DNA of 64,000 bases. It comes from an uncultured Dehalococcoidia bacterium. GTDB taxonomy: Bacteria; Chloroflexota; Dehalococcoidia; Lucifugimonadales; UBA3495. Position 1 is the stretch's first letter, and every line of letters starts with the position of its first letter. Made by a program: the position numbers and the translations under genes. Below, one piece after another: positions 48,995-58,725 of this stretch. Where the stretch lies: NCBI GenBank assembly GCA_950072105.1, contig CATMOE010000003.1, positions 64,001 through 128,000 of the forward strand, in the 5' to 3' direction. Under the pieces are notes generated by a model that saw only the letters and a list, made by a program, of their open reading frames with translations, was not told the origin of the DNA and ran no database searches.

Positions 48995-49867
48995 ATGGCC
49001 GCAACATCCGTTGAGATAGGGTATCGGGAAAGCCGTGAGATTACTCGCCGTGAAGCCAAGAACTTCTACTACGCCTTCTTGACCTTGCCCCAGGAGCGCC
49101 GCCGGGCCATCTACGTGGCCTACGCCTTTTGCCGCTATTGCGACGATGCCGTTGACTCCGCGGAGTCCGTCGATCAAAAAACGGCCACGCTGCAATCACT
49201 CCACGCCAGCTTGAGCGATGCCTATACCGGACGCACCAACGATCCCTTGTTCCTGGCCCTGGCCGACGTGGCAGACCGCCACGATATCCCCGAGGAATAC
49301 TTTAAACAGGTGATACATGGCGTCGAATCGGACCTTACCAAGGTCAGGTACCGGGACTTTGAAGAGTTGCGGACCTACTGCTACCAGGTCGCTTCGGTTG
49401 TGGGTCTGATCTGCTTGCAGATCTTCGGCTACAAAGACGACAGAGCCAGGGAGCATGCGATCGACCTTGGGTTGGCGATGCAACTCACCAACATAACCCG
49501 CGATATTCAGGAAGACCTAGAACTTGGCCGGATCTACCTTCCACAAGATGAGATTGCTCGATTCGGTTATTCTGAGGAAGCGATGGAGGCCGGCATCGTC
49601 AACGAATCGTTCATAAATCTGATGAGATTTCAGGCAGAAAGGGCAAGGGGTTACTTCGACAGCGGCTTTAAGTTGCTCCCGTATCTGTCGCCCCGCTCCC
49701 GGGCCTGCCCCGCCGTCATGGGCCAGCTTTATAGCAAGGTGTTGCAACGCATTGAAGAAGCCAAATTCGATGTATTCCAGCATAGAATAAGCCTCAGTAA
49801 ATCCGAAAAACTTCGGGTCACGGCCCAGACTTGGTTCACAAGTATGTTGCCATCGAGCCCCAGGTGA
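48995..49867 (+). CDS. hpnD: Squalene/phytoene synthase family (HpnD-like)
   Basis: NFYYAF, YAFCR..DDAVD, YCYQVA, QLTNI.RDI.ED...GRIYLP. Confidence 0.8.
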   Translation: MAATSVEIGYRESREITRREAKNFYYAFLTLPQERRRAIYVAYAFCRYCDDAVDSAESVDQKTATLQSLHASLSDAYTGRTNDPLFLALADVADRHDIPEEYFKQVIHGVESDLTKVRYRDFEELRTYCYQVASVVGLICLQIFGYKDDRAREHAIDLGLAMQLTNITRDIQEDLELGRIYLPQDEIARFGYSEEAMEAGIVNESFINLMRFQAERARGYFDSGFKLLPYLSPRSRACPAVMGQLYSKVLQRIEEAKFDVFQHRISLSKSEKLRVTAQTWFTSMLPSSPR

Positions 49868-49895
49868 CCGTTGCGGCCGGAATCATGGCTGTCTC

Positions 49896-50900
49896 ATGAA
49901 AGCTCTGGTCCTGGCTCCGATGACGGAAGAGCACCTGGCCCGCTTAAAAGAATTGATGCCGGTAACCTACGAAAGCTGGACCGATACCCGCCGACTGGCG
50001 GACCCGGAAGAACTGGCGCGCCGGATCAAGACCGAGTGCTTCTCTGTTCTGGCGGTCGAGGCCGATTTTCTGCCCGAAGAGTTGTTTCAACAAGCCGGCG
50101 GTCTCCGGTTGGTGGCCGTTTGCCGTAACAGCCTGTCCCACGTAGACATGGCGGCCGCCACCGGCCATGGCGTAGCGGTGATCCACACTCCGGGCCGAAA
50201 TACTCAGGCGGTTGCTGAGTTGACCATCGGTATGATGCTGAGTCTAGCCCGCCGGATAACCAGCCTGGATGTTTGTGTGAAAGAAGGGCGGTGGCAGATG
50301 CCGGCGGAGCCTTATATACAGGCACATATGCAGGCCGGCGAATTGGCCGGCAAGACCCTTGGCATCCTCGGACTGGGAAATATCGGCCTCAAGGTTGCCC
50401 AGTTGGCCCGCGCCTTCGGCATGCGAATTGTGGCCTACGACCCGTACATCGAATCGTCGCCTCAAGAATGCCCCAGCGTGACCCTTTACCCCACGGTTGC
50501 CGAGTTGGTCCATGATGCCGACTACTTATCCGTACACGTTCCCGATGTTCCCGCCACCAAGGATCTGCTTAGCCGGTCCGTCTTGGCGGAACTCAAACCG
50601 GGCTGCCGCATCATCAACACCAGTTCCTACGATGCCGTAGACGAGGCAACTCTGGTGGAATGTCTGCGATCCGGCCTCGTGGGTGGGGCCGCTTTTGATG
50701 TGTTTCCCACCCACCCTCTGCCTCCCAACAGCCCTTTATTGGCCTTGGACAACGTGGTGTTGACCCCGCATATCGGTGGAGCCACCCTGGAAACCGTCGC
50801 CCGCCACTCGGAAATGATCGTCCAGGACATCGAACGTTTCGTCCAAGGGCGAAAGCCCAAGCGGTTGGTTAACCCGGAAGTTTGGGTTCGATTTGAATAG
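49896..50900 (+). CDS. D-isomer-specific 2-hydroxyacid dehydrogenase
   Basis: PGRN..AVAE, GLGNIG, TPHIGGAT. Confidence 0.9.
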   Translation: MKALVLAPMTEEHLARLKELMPVTYESWTDTRRLADPEELARRIKTECFSVLAVEADFLPEELFQQAGGLRLVAVCRNSLSHVDMAAATGHGVAVIHTPGRNTQAVAELTIGMMLSLARRITSLDVCVKEGRWQMPAEPYIQAHMQAGELAGKTLGILGLGNIGLKVAQLARAFGMRIVAYDPYIESSPQECPSVTLYPTVAELVHDADYLSVHVPDVPATKDLLSRSVLAELKPGCRIINTSSYDAVDEATLVECLRSGLVGGAAFDVFPTHPLPPNSPLLALDNVVLTPHIGGATLETVARHSEMIVQDIERFVQGRKPKRLVNPEVWVRFE

Positions 50901-52392
50901 ATACGTACTGAGCCTTGACCTGGGTACTTCTTCGGCCCACGCTATTTTGGTAGACCGCGTCGGCCGTCCGGTGGCCGGGTCTCACGCTGCGCTACGGTAT
51001 CATCGTCCGCAAGACGGCTCCGACTTGGCCAAAGAGTTTCACCCCATCGAAGTCATGGATGCCGTTGGAGAAGCGGTGGGCAAGACCCTACGGAAGGGTG
51101 GGGTCTCACCCAAACAGGTGTGCGCTGTTGGCATAACTAGCCAGGGCCAGGGCGCGGTCCTCATGGGACTCGAAAACCGCGAATTGTGCTGCTGCCCCAA
51201 CATCGACCTACGGGCGGTATTCGAAGGAGCTGCCCTGGACGATGAAGCCGGCTCCGAGATATATGCCACCACAGGCCACTTCCCGTCCCTCCTGTTGGCG
51301 CCGGCCCGGCTAAGATGGTTTCAGGCCCACCGTCCGGATCTGATGGAATCGGCCAGTTCGGTCGTTTCCGTCGCAGGATGGTTGGGTCACCGGCTGACTG
51401 GAGAGATCGCTTCAGAGGCCGGTCTGGATTGCACCTTAGGCTTGATCGACCTATCTACCCGGCGGCACGCTCTTCCGCTGCTTAACCGGCTGAAATTTCC
51501 CGTTGAATTGCTGCCCCCGGTACTCGGCTCCGGAGAGCGGCTGGGCTGTCTCCGGCCGGAATTGGCGGAGAAATGGGGGCTACCCGGCGGTTTGCCGGTT
51601 ACATTGGCCGGAGCCGACACTCAATGTGGCTTGTTGGGCTTGGGTGTAACCAAGCCCGGCCAAGCCGGCGCGGTACTGGGGTGGAGCGGCAGCGTGCACA
51701 TGGTGATGCCGGAACCCATGCTGGACTTGGAGGCCAGACGTACTTGGAGTAGCTGTTACTCCGTTGACAGCATGTATACCGTTGAAGCCAATCTGGGCGA
51801 TTGCGGCCACGCCTTTAATTGGCTGGCCCGCACCTTGTCCGGTGGTCAGCTTTCCCTTGAGGATGCAGATCGCTTGGCGGAGCAAGCCCCTCTTGGCGGA
51901 GACGGCGTCCTGGCTTTCTTGGGTCCCGGTCCTCTGAGCGCCCCCAACGCCGGACTTCGGATGGGTGGCATAATCATGCCCACCCCGTTGACTTTTCAAG
52001 AACCGACGACCGGCCAGATACTCCGCAGCTACTTGGAGAGTGTGGCCTACAGCATCAAAGCCAATATGGACACCATCTCGGAAGTCACCGGCCGTCGGGC
52101 TCCTTACCTGTGCTTGGGAGGCAGCATGTCAAAGAGCGGCGTGCTAGCCGGCGCCTTGGCAAGTGTCCTTGAGATTCCGGTGCGACGCGCTCGAGACAGC
52201 CAAGTCAGCGCCGTGGGCGCCGCCGCCGCCGCCTGGGTTTCGGCCGGAGACTTTTCTTCTTTGGAAGATTCGGTGGAAGGGCAACAACCCGATCTCGAGG
52301 AATTTCTTCCCCAGCCGATCCAAACGGCCGAATACCTAGATCACTACCACCGGTGGCTGGAAACGTTTCACAGTCTCGCTCCGGAACAATGA
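50893..52392 (+). CDS. FGGY-family carbohydrate kinase
   Basis: LDLGTSS, AGADTQ, LGGS, A.GAA. Confidence 0.88.
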   Translation: MNRYVLSLDLGTSSAHAILVDRVGRPVAGSHAALRYHRPQDGSDLAKEFHPIEVMDAVGEAVGKTLRKGGVSPKQVCAVGITSQGQGAVLMGLENRELCCCPNIDLRAVFEGAALDDEAGSEIYATTGHFPSLLLAPARLRWFQAHRPDLMESASSVVSVAGWLGHRLTGEIASEAGLDCTLGLIDLSTRRHALPLLNRLKFPVELLPPVLGSGERLGCLRPELAEKWGLPGGLPVTLAGADTQCGLLGLGVTKPGQAGAVLGWSGSVHMVMPEPMLDLEARRTWSSCYSVDSMYTVEANLGDCGHAFNWLARTLSGGQLSLEDADRLAEQAPLGGDGVLAFLGPGPLSAPNAGLRMGGIIMPTPLTFQEPTTGQILRSYLESVAYSIKANMDTISEVTGRRAPYLCLGGSMSKSGVLAGALASVLEIPVRRARDSQVSAVGAAAAAWVSAGDFSSLEDSVEGQQPDLEEFLPQPIQTAEYLDHYHRWLETFHSLAPEQ

Positions 52393-52508
52393 ACGGCAGC
52401 GTCGGCGGCAGCATAGCCTGATTTCTGACGACAACGGAATCCTCTGAACTTGCCCAATGACGCCCTAACCCCTTCCAAAAGGCTTTACAATACCACCTGG
52501 GAACCGAC

Positions 52509-53258
52509 TTGCCGGTTGCTTCCCGAAAACCCACCAAGGCGAGGTATCCCGACTTGGACAAATGGCAATCTCAGCGTGAGGAACTCCACGCGGCAACCGT
52601 CGAGATGTACCGGCGTGGGCTGGTCGGCGCATTAAGCGGTAACGCCAGCTTGCGCTTGGAGGGGAGATCAGGTGAGGGCCTGCTGTTGGTCACGCCCACC
52701 CAGTTGCCTTACTATCACCTCAAGCCAGAAGACTTGGTCGTCGTTGACCTGAATGGAGAGTTGATAGGCGAAGGGTTGGCGCCCTCGTCGGAAACGGCCA
52801 TGCATCTGGAGATATACCGGCAACGAGAGGACGTGGGTGCGATTATCCATACGCACTCGATCTCGGCATCAGCTGCGGCGGTGGCCGGACGGGAGATTCC
52901 CGCGATTCTAGACGAAATGGTCTATCACATCGGCGGCGGTGTTCCCATCGGTGATTACGCTTTCCCAGGCTCGGAGGAGCTGGCCAAAGTGGCTTGCGAG
53001 ACCATGGGAGACCGCAACGCCGTGCTTTTGCGGAATCATGGCGTCTTGGGAGTTGGGCCCGGAGTTTGGGAGGCGCTGGAGGCCTGCGATCTGGTCGAGC
53101 GCGCCGCCCAGATCTTCGTTCTGGCCCAATCCTTCGGCACCGGTGGGGCTAACCCCCTGCCCCCGGATATAATAACTGCCGAACAAGAACTTTTTCAGAT
53201 GAAGCGTCGAATGTCTTTAGATCTGAAACGCCAGGGCCCAGAGCGGAGCCAATCGTAG
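52509..53258 (+). CDS. Class II aldolase/adducin family (FucA-like)
   Basis: SGNAS, PSSETAMH, HTHS, LRNHG. Confidence 0.9.
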   Translation: MPVASRKPTKARYPDLDKWQSQREELHAATVEMYRRGLVGALSGNASLRLEGRSGEGLLLVTPTQLPYYHLKPEDLVVVDLNGELIGEGLAPSSETAMHLEIYRQREDVGAIIHTHSISASAAAVAGREIPAILDEMVYHIGGGVPIGDYAFPGSEELAKVACETMGDRNAVLLRNHGVLGVGPGVWEALEACDLVERAAQIFVLAQSFGTGGANPLPPDIITAEQELFQMKRRMSLDLKRQGPERSQS

Positions 53259-53294
53259 ACCGTCCCATTCCACACCAACAATGAGGAACCTTTA

Positions 53295-53684
53295 ATGCTC
53301 TCCGTGCCCAGTTTTTTACTCAGGAAACTATATGTGAAGGATAGCCTGCAAAACACCTCTAAAGGCATCTCCTTCCGGTTGCGCAACTCCTTGGGTTCTG
53401 GTTATGCCGAGCAGATGTCGCCGTTAACTTTGGACGGCCGGGAAATTCCTTTGGAAGACACCTTCTTCTTTGTAGACAGCGAACCAAGGAGTTTCGACAC
53501 GGTTTCCAAGGATAGTCCCTTTTGTCTCCTGTTGAACCAGGACACTGTGATTACCGTGGAGCACGTTTCACTGAGCCCGGAACCGCATAAGGTAGGTATG
53601 GGTTTTAAGGTTCCGGGACTGGGAATGCTACGGTTCGACTTTATTGACCAGCCTCTTCCCGGTGACCAACCTGAGGCTGATTGA
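53295..53684 (+). CDS. Conserved hypothetical small beta-rich protein
   Basis: PSFLLRKLYVKDSLQN...F.LRNSLG; RBS GAGG. Confidence 0.7.
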   Translation: MLSVPSFLLRKLYVKDSLQNTSKGISFRLRNSLGSGYAEQMSPLTLDGREIPLEDTFFFVDSEPRSFDTVSKDSPFCLLLNQDTVITVEHVSLSPEPHKVGMGFKVPGLGMLRFDFIDQPLPGDQPEAD

Positions 53685-53694
53685 AGGCTGATTG

Positions 53695-54669
53695 ATGGAA
53701 CGATCACCCAAATCAGTTGCCGTTACCGGGGCGTCCGGGTACGTGGGGGCCAGGCTTCTTAGAAAGCTGGAAGACGAAGAGGGCATCAGCAAACTGGTGG
53801 CTTTCGACACCCTTCCACCCGTCGCTCCGATCCGTAACATGGCCGCCTATCGTATGGACGTCACCAAGCCCATCGACGAGGCGCTGGCTCACCATAACGT
53901 TTCAACTTTGGTCCACCTGGCGTTTATTCCAAGGCGGGGCCGCAACCGCCGCGAGGTTGAATCCATCCGCCAGACCAATCTTGATGCGTTGAGTGCGGTA
54001 TTGGAGTCTTGCGCGCGTGCCGGAGTCAATCACATCGTTTATCTAAGTTCCCACACCGTCTATGGCGCGCATGCCGACAATCCCATTCCCTTGACCGACG
54101 CGGCGCCTTTGCGTCCTTTGCCAGATTTTCCTTACGGTTACGACAAGTTCCTGTCGGAGCAGATGCTGCAGGAATTCCAGGAGACCCATCCAGACATAGC
54201 GGTCACGATTCTACGGTCTTGCATGGTTCTCGGCCCTTCCGCCGGGAACTACATTACCAAAGCCTTCTTCCGGCCCTGGTTGCTGGGGGTCCTAGACGAC
54301 AATCCGCCGCTACAGTTCGTCTACGAGGATGATCTGGCCCGAGTCCTGACCATTGTCGTTCAACGGAGTCTCCCCGGTGTGTACAACGTAGCCGGCGACG
54401 GTGTGGTCTTTTACAGAGAGTTAGCCGAAATAATCAAAAGCAAGCTTATTAATCTACCTGCATTCCTCGCTTATGGCCTGGTCCAGCTAACATGGAACCT
54501 GCACATCCAAAGGGAATCCACGGCAAGCGGATTAGATCTGGTGAGATATCCCATGGTGCTCAGCACCGGCAAGTTAAATAAAGCCACGGGATACCGGTTC
54601 TGGCATACTTCCCTTGAAACCTTGTCCGCCTTCGCGAACTCTAGCCTGTTATATCAGGACTCGGCTTGA
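53695..54669 (+). CDS. NAD-dependent epimerase/dehydratase
   Basis: VTGASGYVG, SS.TVYG, YGYDK, QFVYEDD. Confidence 0.9.
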   Translation: MERSPKSVAVTGASGYVGARLLRKLEDEEGISKLVAFDTLPPVAPIRNMAAYRMDVTKPIDEALAHHNVSTLVHLAFIPRRGRNRREVESIRQTNLDALSAVLESCARAGVNHIVYLSSHTVYGAHADNPIPLTDAAPLRPLPDFPYGYDKFLSEQMLQEFQETHPDIAVTILRSCMVLGPSAGNYITKAFFRPWLLGVLDDNPPLQFVYEDDLARVLTIVVQRSLPGVYNVAGDGVVFYRELAEIIKSKLINLPAFLAYGLVQLTWNLHIQRESTASGLDLVRYPMVLSTGKLNKATGYRFWHTSLETLSAFANSSLLYQDSA

Positions 54670-55601
54670 CGGATATCCCGGCTAAAAAGGTAATAATCGA
54701 CACCGATCCGGGTGTTGACGACGCCATCGCCATCTTGATGGCCTTAAGGTATTCTTCGCTCCAGGTGCTAGGCCTGACCACCGTGGGCGGCAACGTGCCG
54801 TTGGCCCGGGGCACACGCAATGCGTTGGCTTTGTTGGAATACGCGGGCCGCACCGAAATACCCGTGTCCCGCGGCAGCGCGCTCCCTATTCGCGGCCAAT
54901 ATGGGTATTCGTTCCCGGTCCATGGCGCCAGCGGGCTAACCAGAAGACTGCCCAACCCATCCTCCCGGCCCATCGACCAACGAGCGGTGGACTTTCTGGC
55001 CGGCGAGCTTGGCAAACAGCCCGGAGAGACCCTCCTGATCGCCCTGGGCCCACTGACCAATCTGGCCAACCTGCTAACCAGGTATCCGGGATCTTTGGAA
55101 CAGGCGTCCGGCTTGGTCGTCATGGGTGGAGCCGTCGACGTTCCCGGCAACGTAACCGGCCATGCGGAATTCAACTTCTACAGCGACCCTGAGGCTGCCA
55201 GGATGGTCCTGTCGTCGGGGGTCCCCTTAACCTTGATCGATCTAGCCGCCAGCCGGCAGGTAGCGATCGATCGGCAAACCACGAGAGAGTTGAAGCCACG
55301 GAATAATCTGGGGGCGCTGGCCGCCCAATTGCTGAATAACTGGTTCCGGCGTGATTCCGGGCGGCAGAGGTTTTTCTTTCACGACCCACTGGCCATGGCG
55401 GTGGCGTTGGACCTGGATATCGTCAATACACAGAACGTCCAAGTGGCCGTGGAAACCGCCGACCCAGTCCGGCTGGGTGAATCCAAAATCACCAGCAGAC
55501 CGGGGCCGGTGGCGGTGGTGCGTCAGGTGGATCAGGATGGCTTCTTCAGGCTATTCGACGACTTGATGAGCCCGGATCAAGGCGCGATTCCGGGGCATTG
55601 A
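54666..55601 (+). CDS. Nucleoside hydrolase (IU-NH family)
   Basis: IDTDPGVDD, VHG..GL, GPLTN, MGG, AEFNF..DPEAA, HDP. Confidence 0.92.
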   Translation: MTDIPAKKVIIDTDPGVDDAIAILMALRYSSLQVLGLTTVGGNVPLARGTRNALALLEYAGRTEIPVSRGSALPIRGQYGYSFPVHGASGLTRRLPNPSSRPIDQRAVDFLAGELGKQPGETLLIALGPLTNLANLLTRYPGSLEQASGLVVMGGAVDVPGNVTGHAEFNFYSDPEAARMVLSSGVPLTLIDLAASRQVAIDRQTTRELKPRNNLGALAAQLLNNWFRRDSGRQRFFFHDPLAMAVALDLDIVNTQNVQVAVETADPVRLGESKITSRPGPVAVVRQVDQDGFFRLFDDLMSPDQGAIPGH

Positions 55602-55629
55602 TGAATAAGAAAGTCCTCGCACCATCCGC

Positions 55630-56634
55630 TTAGACTTCCCGAAATTCTCGCTCCTCTTCTTTCAGGTCGAAACCGTGGTGCCACAACTCCAAAATGTAGT
55701 CTTGGTCCTGCTTGGTTAAGCCTGGGGTGTCCAACGCTTGGGTAAACTCATTTAGATCGTCCAGGCTGGTGATGTTGGGTAGGACCGAAACGATGGTGGG
55801 CTGGGCCAACACGAAGTTTATGGCCGCTTGACTCATGGACCGCTCCCCTTCCTGGACTAGAAACTGCACACGTTCCACTTTCAGCATCGACTCTCGCATC
55901 CACTCGGCCTTACGCAAGGCACGGTGGTCGTTCTCGTCGAATTCGGGTATTTCCAGGTGCGCTCCGGTAAGCATGTTTGAAGCGTGGGGCACCCGCGAAA
56001 GCAGGCCGATGTTCTCTTCTTTGGCTATGGGGAAGAAGTCCAGAGCCGGTTCCTGCTCCAGGATGCTGTAGATGATCTGCACGCTGTCCAGATGGCGTTG
56101 GCGCATGGACATCTCGCCCTCTTCAAACCAGCCGATGTCCGGACCGAGAGCGGCGCCGAAGTAGCGGATCTTGCCCTCGTACTGAAGTTGTTCCAGAGTC
56201 TCGAAGACTTCATCGCGGTCCAAAGCTTCGGCTTTAGGGTTGTGCAACTGGTAGAGGTCGATACGGTCGGTGTTCAAACGCCGCAAGCTCTGTTCGCAAG
56301 CGAATTTTATAAATTCCTTTTCGAATTTCTGGGGACGCTCTTGGTGGCCGACGCGGGGCACCGATTTGTCGTAGAAATCGTAGCCGAACTTGGTAGCGAT
56401 GATTATTTCGTTGCGGCGGTGGCCCATGAACTTGGCCAAAACCTCTTCTCCGTAGCCTTCGCCATAGGTGTCAGCGGTATCGAAGAAGTTAATACCTAGC
56501 TCAAGAGCATTCTCCAGCAGCGCGGACTGTTCGGCTTCGGTGCGCTTACCCCACCAATCGGTGGCAACGGTCCAAACGCCGAAGCCCACTTCGGAGAGTT
56601 CCAGGTCGGTGCGGGGCAGTTTCCGGTATTTCAT
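55630..56634 (-). CDS. Aldo/keto reductase
   Basis: [29 protein letters not shown]. Confidence 0.92.
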   Translation of the reverse strand: MKYRKLPRTDLELSEVGFGVWTVATDWWGKRTEAEQSALLENALELGINFFDTADTYGEGYGEEVLAKFMGHRRNEIIIATKFGYDFYDKSVPRVGHQERPQKFEKEFIKFACEQSLRRLNTDRIDLYQLHNPKAEALDRDEVFETLEQLQYEGKIRYFGAALGPDIGWFEEGEMSMRQRHLDSVQIIYSILEQEPALDFFPIAKEENIGLLSRVPHASNMLTGAHLEIPEFDENDHRALRKAEWMRESMLKVERVQFLVQEGERSMSQAAINFVLAQPTIVSVLPNITSLDDLNEFTQALDTPGLTKQDQDYILELWHHGFDLKEEEREFREV

Positions 56635-56799
56635 ATTCAGTCCTATAGAGGGATATTTCTTAGTTGCGAGAGTCGGACAAAGGCCCGAATCCGAGATTGA
56701 AGTGTGATCCACACGATTGCGTAAAATGCCGAGGTAATAGGTACGGTAGATTATCTTTGATTCCGGGTCCCTGCATCGCCCGAGTCAGGACAATGGCCG

Positions 56800-57390
56800 C
56801 TAAGCTGCGCCTACGGCCATCCCCAAGCTACCTTTGATCTCGGCCACCCGGCGTTGGAACTCCTCGTCGGACAGGACCGGTTGGAGTTGGCCCAGGGGCA
56901 CATCCGCCAAGATATCGACCCAGGAGGTGCAGCCCTTATATTCGGGCAGGAAGGGCACGGATACCGGCTGCTCCATCCGGTAAACCCGCAACAGAATAAC
57001 TGCCAGAGGCAGCATCGGCTTCCAGTGAAACCGGGATTGGGCGTATTCTTTGGTCCAGATGTAGTGGGACGACAGGTCGTCCACCTTTTCTTGGTCAGAG
57101 ATCTCTATAAGTTCTTCTACCCTGGCGTAATGGGAGAAATTGATCCGGTCCTCGTCCCGGGGCTGGGCCAGCAACTCGCGAAGGGCCGGTTGGCTCTCCG
57201 GCTGCAACAGGTCCTCCCGTTGGTGTTCGAACGTGGGGTAGAGAAGGAACTCGGGATGGATCACCCGGAAATCCTTGCTCTCCTCGTGAATCCCGCCCTT
57301 GCGTACCAGCAATGTCTGCTGTCCCAAGGAAAGGGCTTGTACCGTTACCGCCCACTCTTTCAGGGCCACCTGGCATTGTTTGGGCAACAT
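56800..57390 (-). CDS. DUF1802 family protein
   Basis: ALKEWA, RKGGIHE, LYPTFEHQ, GCTSW. Confidence 0.85.
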   Translation of the reverse strand: MLPKQCQVALKEWAVTVQALSLGQQTLLVRKGGIHEESKDFRVIHPEFLLYPTFEHQREDLLQPESQPALRELLAQPRDEDRINFSHYARVEELIEISDQEKVDDLSSHYIWTKEYAQSRFHWKPMLPLAVILLRVYRMEQPVSVPFLPEYKGCTSWVDILADVPLGQLQPVLSDEEFQRRVAEIKGSLGMAVGAA

Positions 57391-57602
57391 GATATTTGTC
57401 TCCACAAGCGCTGATTCACCGCAGTTCGGTTAATGTTATCAAGCCCCTTGGTTGAACTCAATCCCCTCATTTCGAGTTGGCCGGCCACCGAGGTACGCCC
57501 TCACCCCGGCGTGGCAAACATAGAGCTGATGTAGGTTTAGCCGGAGCCGCTATGCCCCGGTCGAGAGAGACGATCGATTCCGGTGTAAACCGGCCGCCCT
57601 CT

Positions 57603-58400
57603 CTACTTGGACTCTGCCAGGTGTTCCAGGCCCAGTAACCGGGTCAGATTGCCAGTGGTTACCTGTGCGACCTCTTCCAGGGTGATTCCCTTCAGATCGG
57701 CCAACTGCTGCGCTACCGTAAGCACGTGGTGAGGTTCGGTCCAGTTGTGGCGGTATTTCTTGAAAGGTTGAGGGGCTGCGTCGGTCTCAAGAACGATATT
57801 GTCCAGGGGGATTATCTTGGCCACCTCCTGCAACTCGGGCAGCCGCAACAACGGCCGGGCCAACGATATAAACATGCCGCAGTCGATGGCTTCCCGGGCG
57901 GTGGCCTCATCGCCCTGGAAGTAATGCATGACTCCGCCCACCTCCTCGGCCTTCTCTTCCCGGAGGGTTTGAAATACCTGGGGGTGGGACTCGCGGGAGT
58001 GGAAAATAACCGGCAGTTTGAGGCTGCGGGCCAGGCGAATGTGCTCGCGGAAGACCTGGTACTGGATCTCGTGGTCCGGAGATTCGGGGAGGAAGTCCAA
58101 CCCAACCTCGCTGATGCACACCACCTTGGGAGTACTCTCCGCCAGCGACTTTAATTCCTCGTAGGTTTCCTCATCGACGATCTTATCGGCGTGCATCGGA
58201 TGTATCCCGACGCCGGCGTACAGCATGTCGTATTGCTCCGACATCTGTATGCAGTCTCTGGTGGACTTAAGAGTCGTCCCGGCGCAGACCGCGAACCCAA
58301 CCTCTGCTTCCCGCGCCCGCTCCAATATCTCGGGAATCTCTGCGGCCGGGTAGTGGTCCAGATGGGTGTGGCAGTCGCCTAAAATGAGCTTATTCGCCAT
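57603..58400 (-). CDS. tatD: TatD-family hydrolase
   Basis: DCHTH, GIHP, EVGLD, HSRE, ETDA. Confidence 0.92.
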   Translation of the reverse strand: MANKLILGDCHTHLDHYPAAEIPEILERAREAEVGFAVCAGTTLKSTRDCIQMSEQYDMLYAGVGIHPMHADKIVDEETYEELKSLAESTPKVVCISEVGLDFLPESPDHEIQYQVFREHIRLARSLKLPVIFHSRESHPQVFQTLREEKAEEVGGVMHYFQGDEATAREAIDCGMFISLARPLLRLPELQEVAKIIPLDNIVLETDAAPQPFKKYRHNWTEPHHVLTVAQQLADLKGITLEEVAQVTTGNLTRLLGLEHLAESK

Positions 58401-58589
58401 TTCATTTGCCCCGCGGATCGGTATTTTTCGGCGGTGTCATGCCAACGCGTTTACACTATACCACCAGCCCTCCGGAGGTTTTCAGATCCTTGTCGTTTGT
58501 TTATTAGGAATGCTGGTGTAGGGAAATTTGGGACGTCCGCCGAGTCGTTGTGAAGTCGTCCGTTTCATGGGCCAGTGCGGCGAAAATCG

Positions 58590-58619
58590 TTGACACCAGG
58601 CTCAAAATGGTGCTAGAAT
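58590..58619 (+). promoter_or_regulatory. Sigma70-type promoter of the suf operon
   Basis: TTGACA-18 nt-TAGAAT with an extended TG motif. Confidence 0.7.
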
Positions 58620-58620
58620 A

Positions 58621-58645
58621 ATTGTTGACCAATTTAGTCAACAAT
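58621..58645. promoter_or_regulatory. Palindromic operator resembling an IscR/Rrf2 type-1 site
   Basis: ATTGTTGAC-CAATTTA-GTCAACAAT, perfect 9-7-9 inverted repeat over the predicted start site. Confidence 0.75.
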
Positions 58646-58725
58646 GTTAATATCTTGCGGGTCTGGCCGTTGGCTGGGACCCGCTCTCCCGTACCTAATT
58701 TCGAGGGAACTCGGAGGCCTGATTA

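Noticed and set aside
57410..57600. Possible ncRNA or repeat between tatD and the DUF1802 gene
   Set aside because: Only short fragments such as CCCTCACCCC are present, with no recognisable conserved structure.
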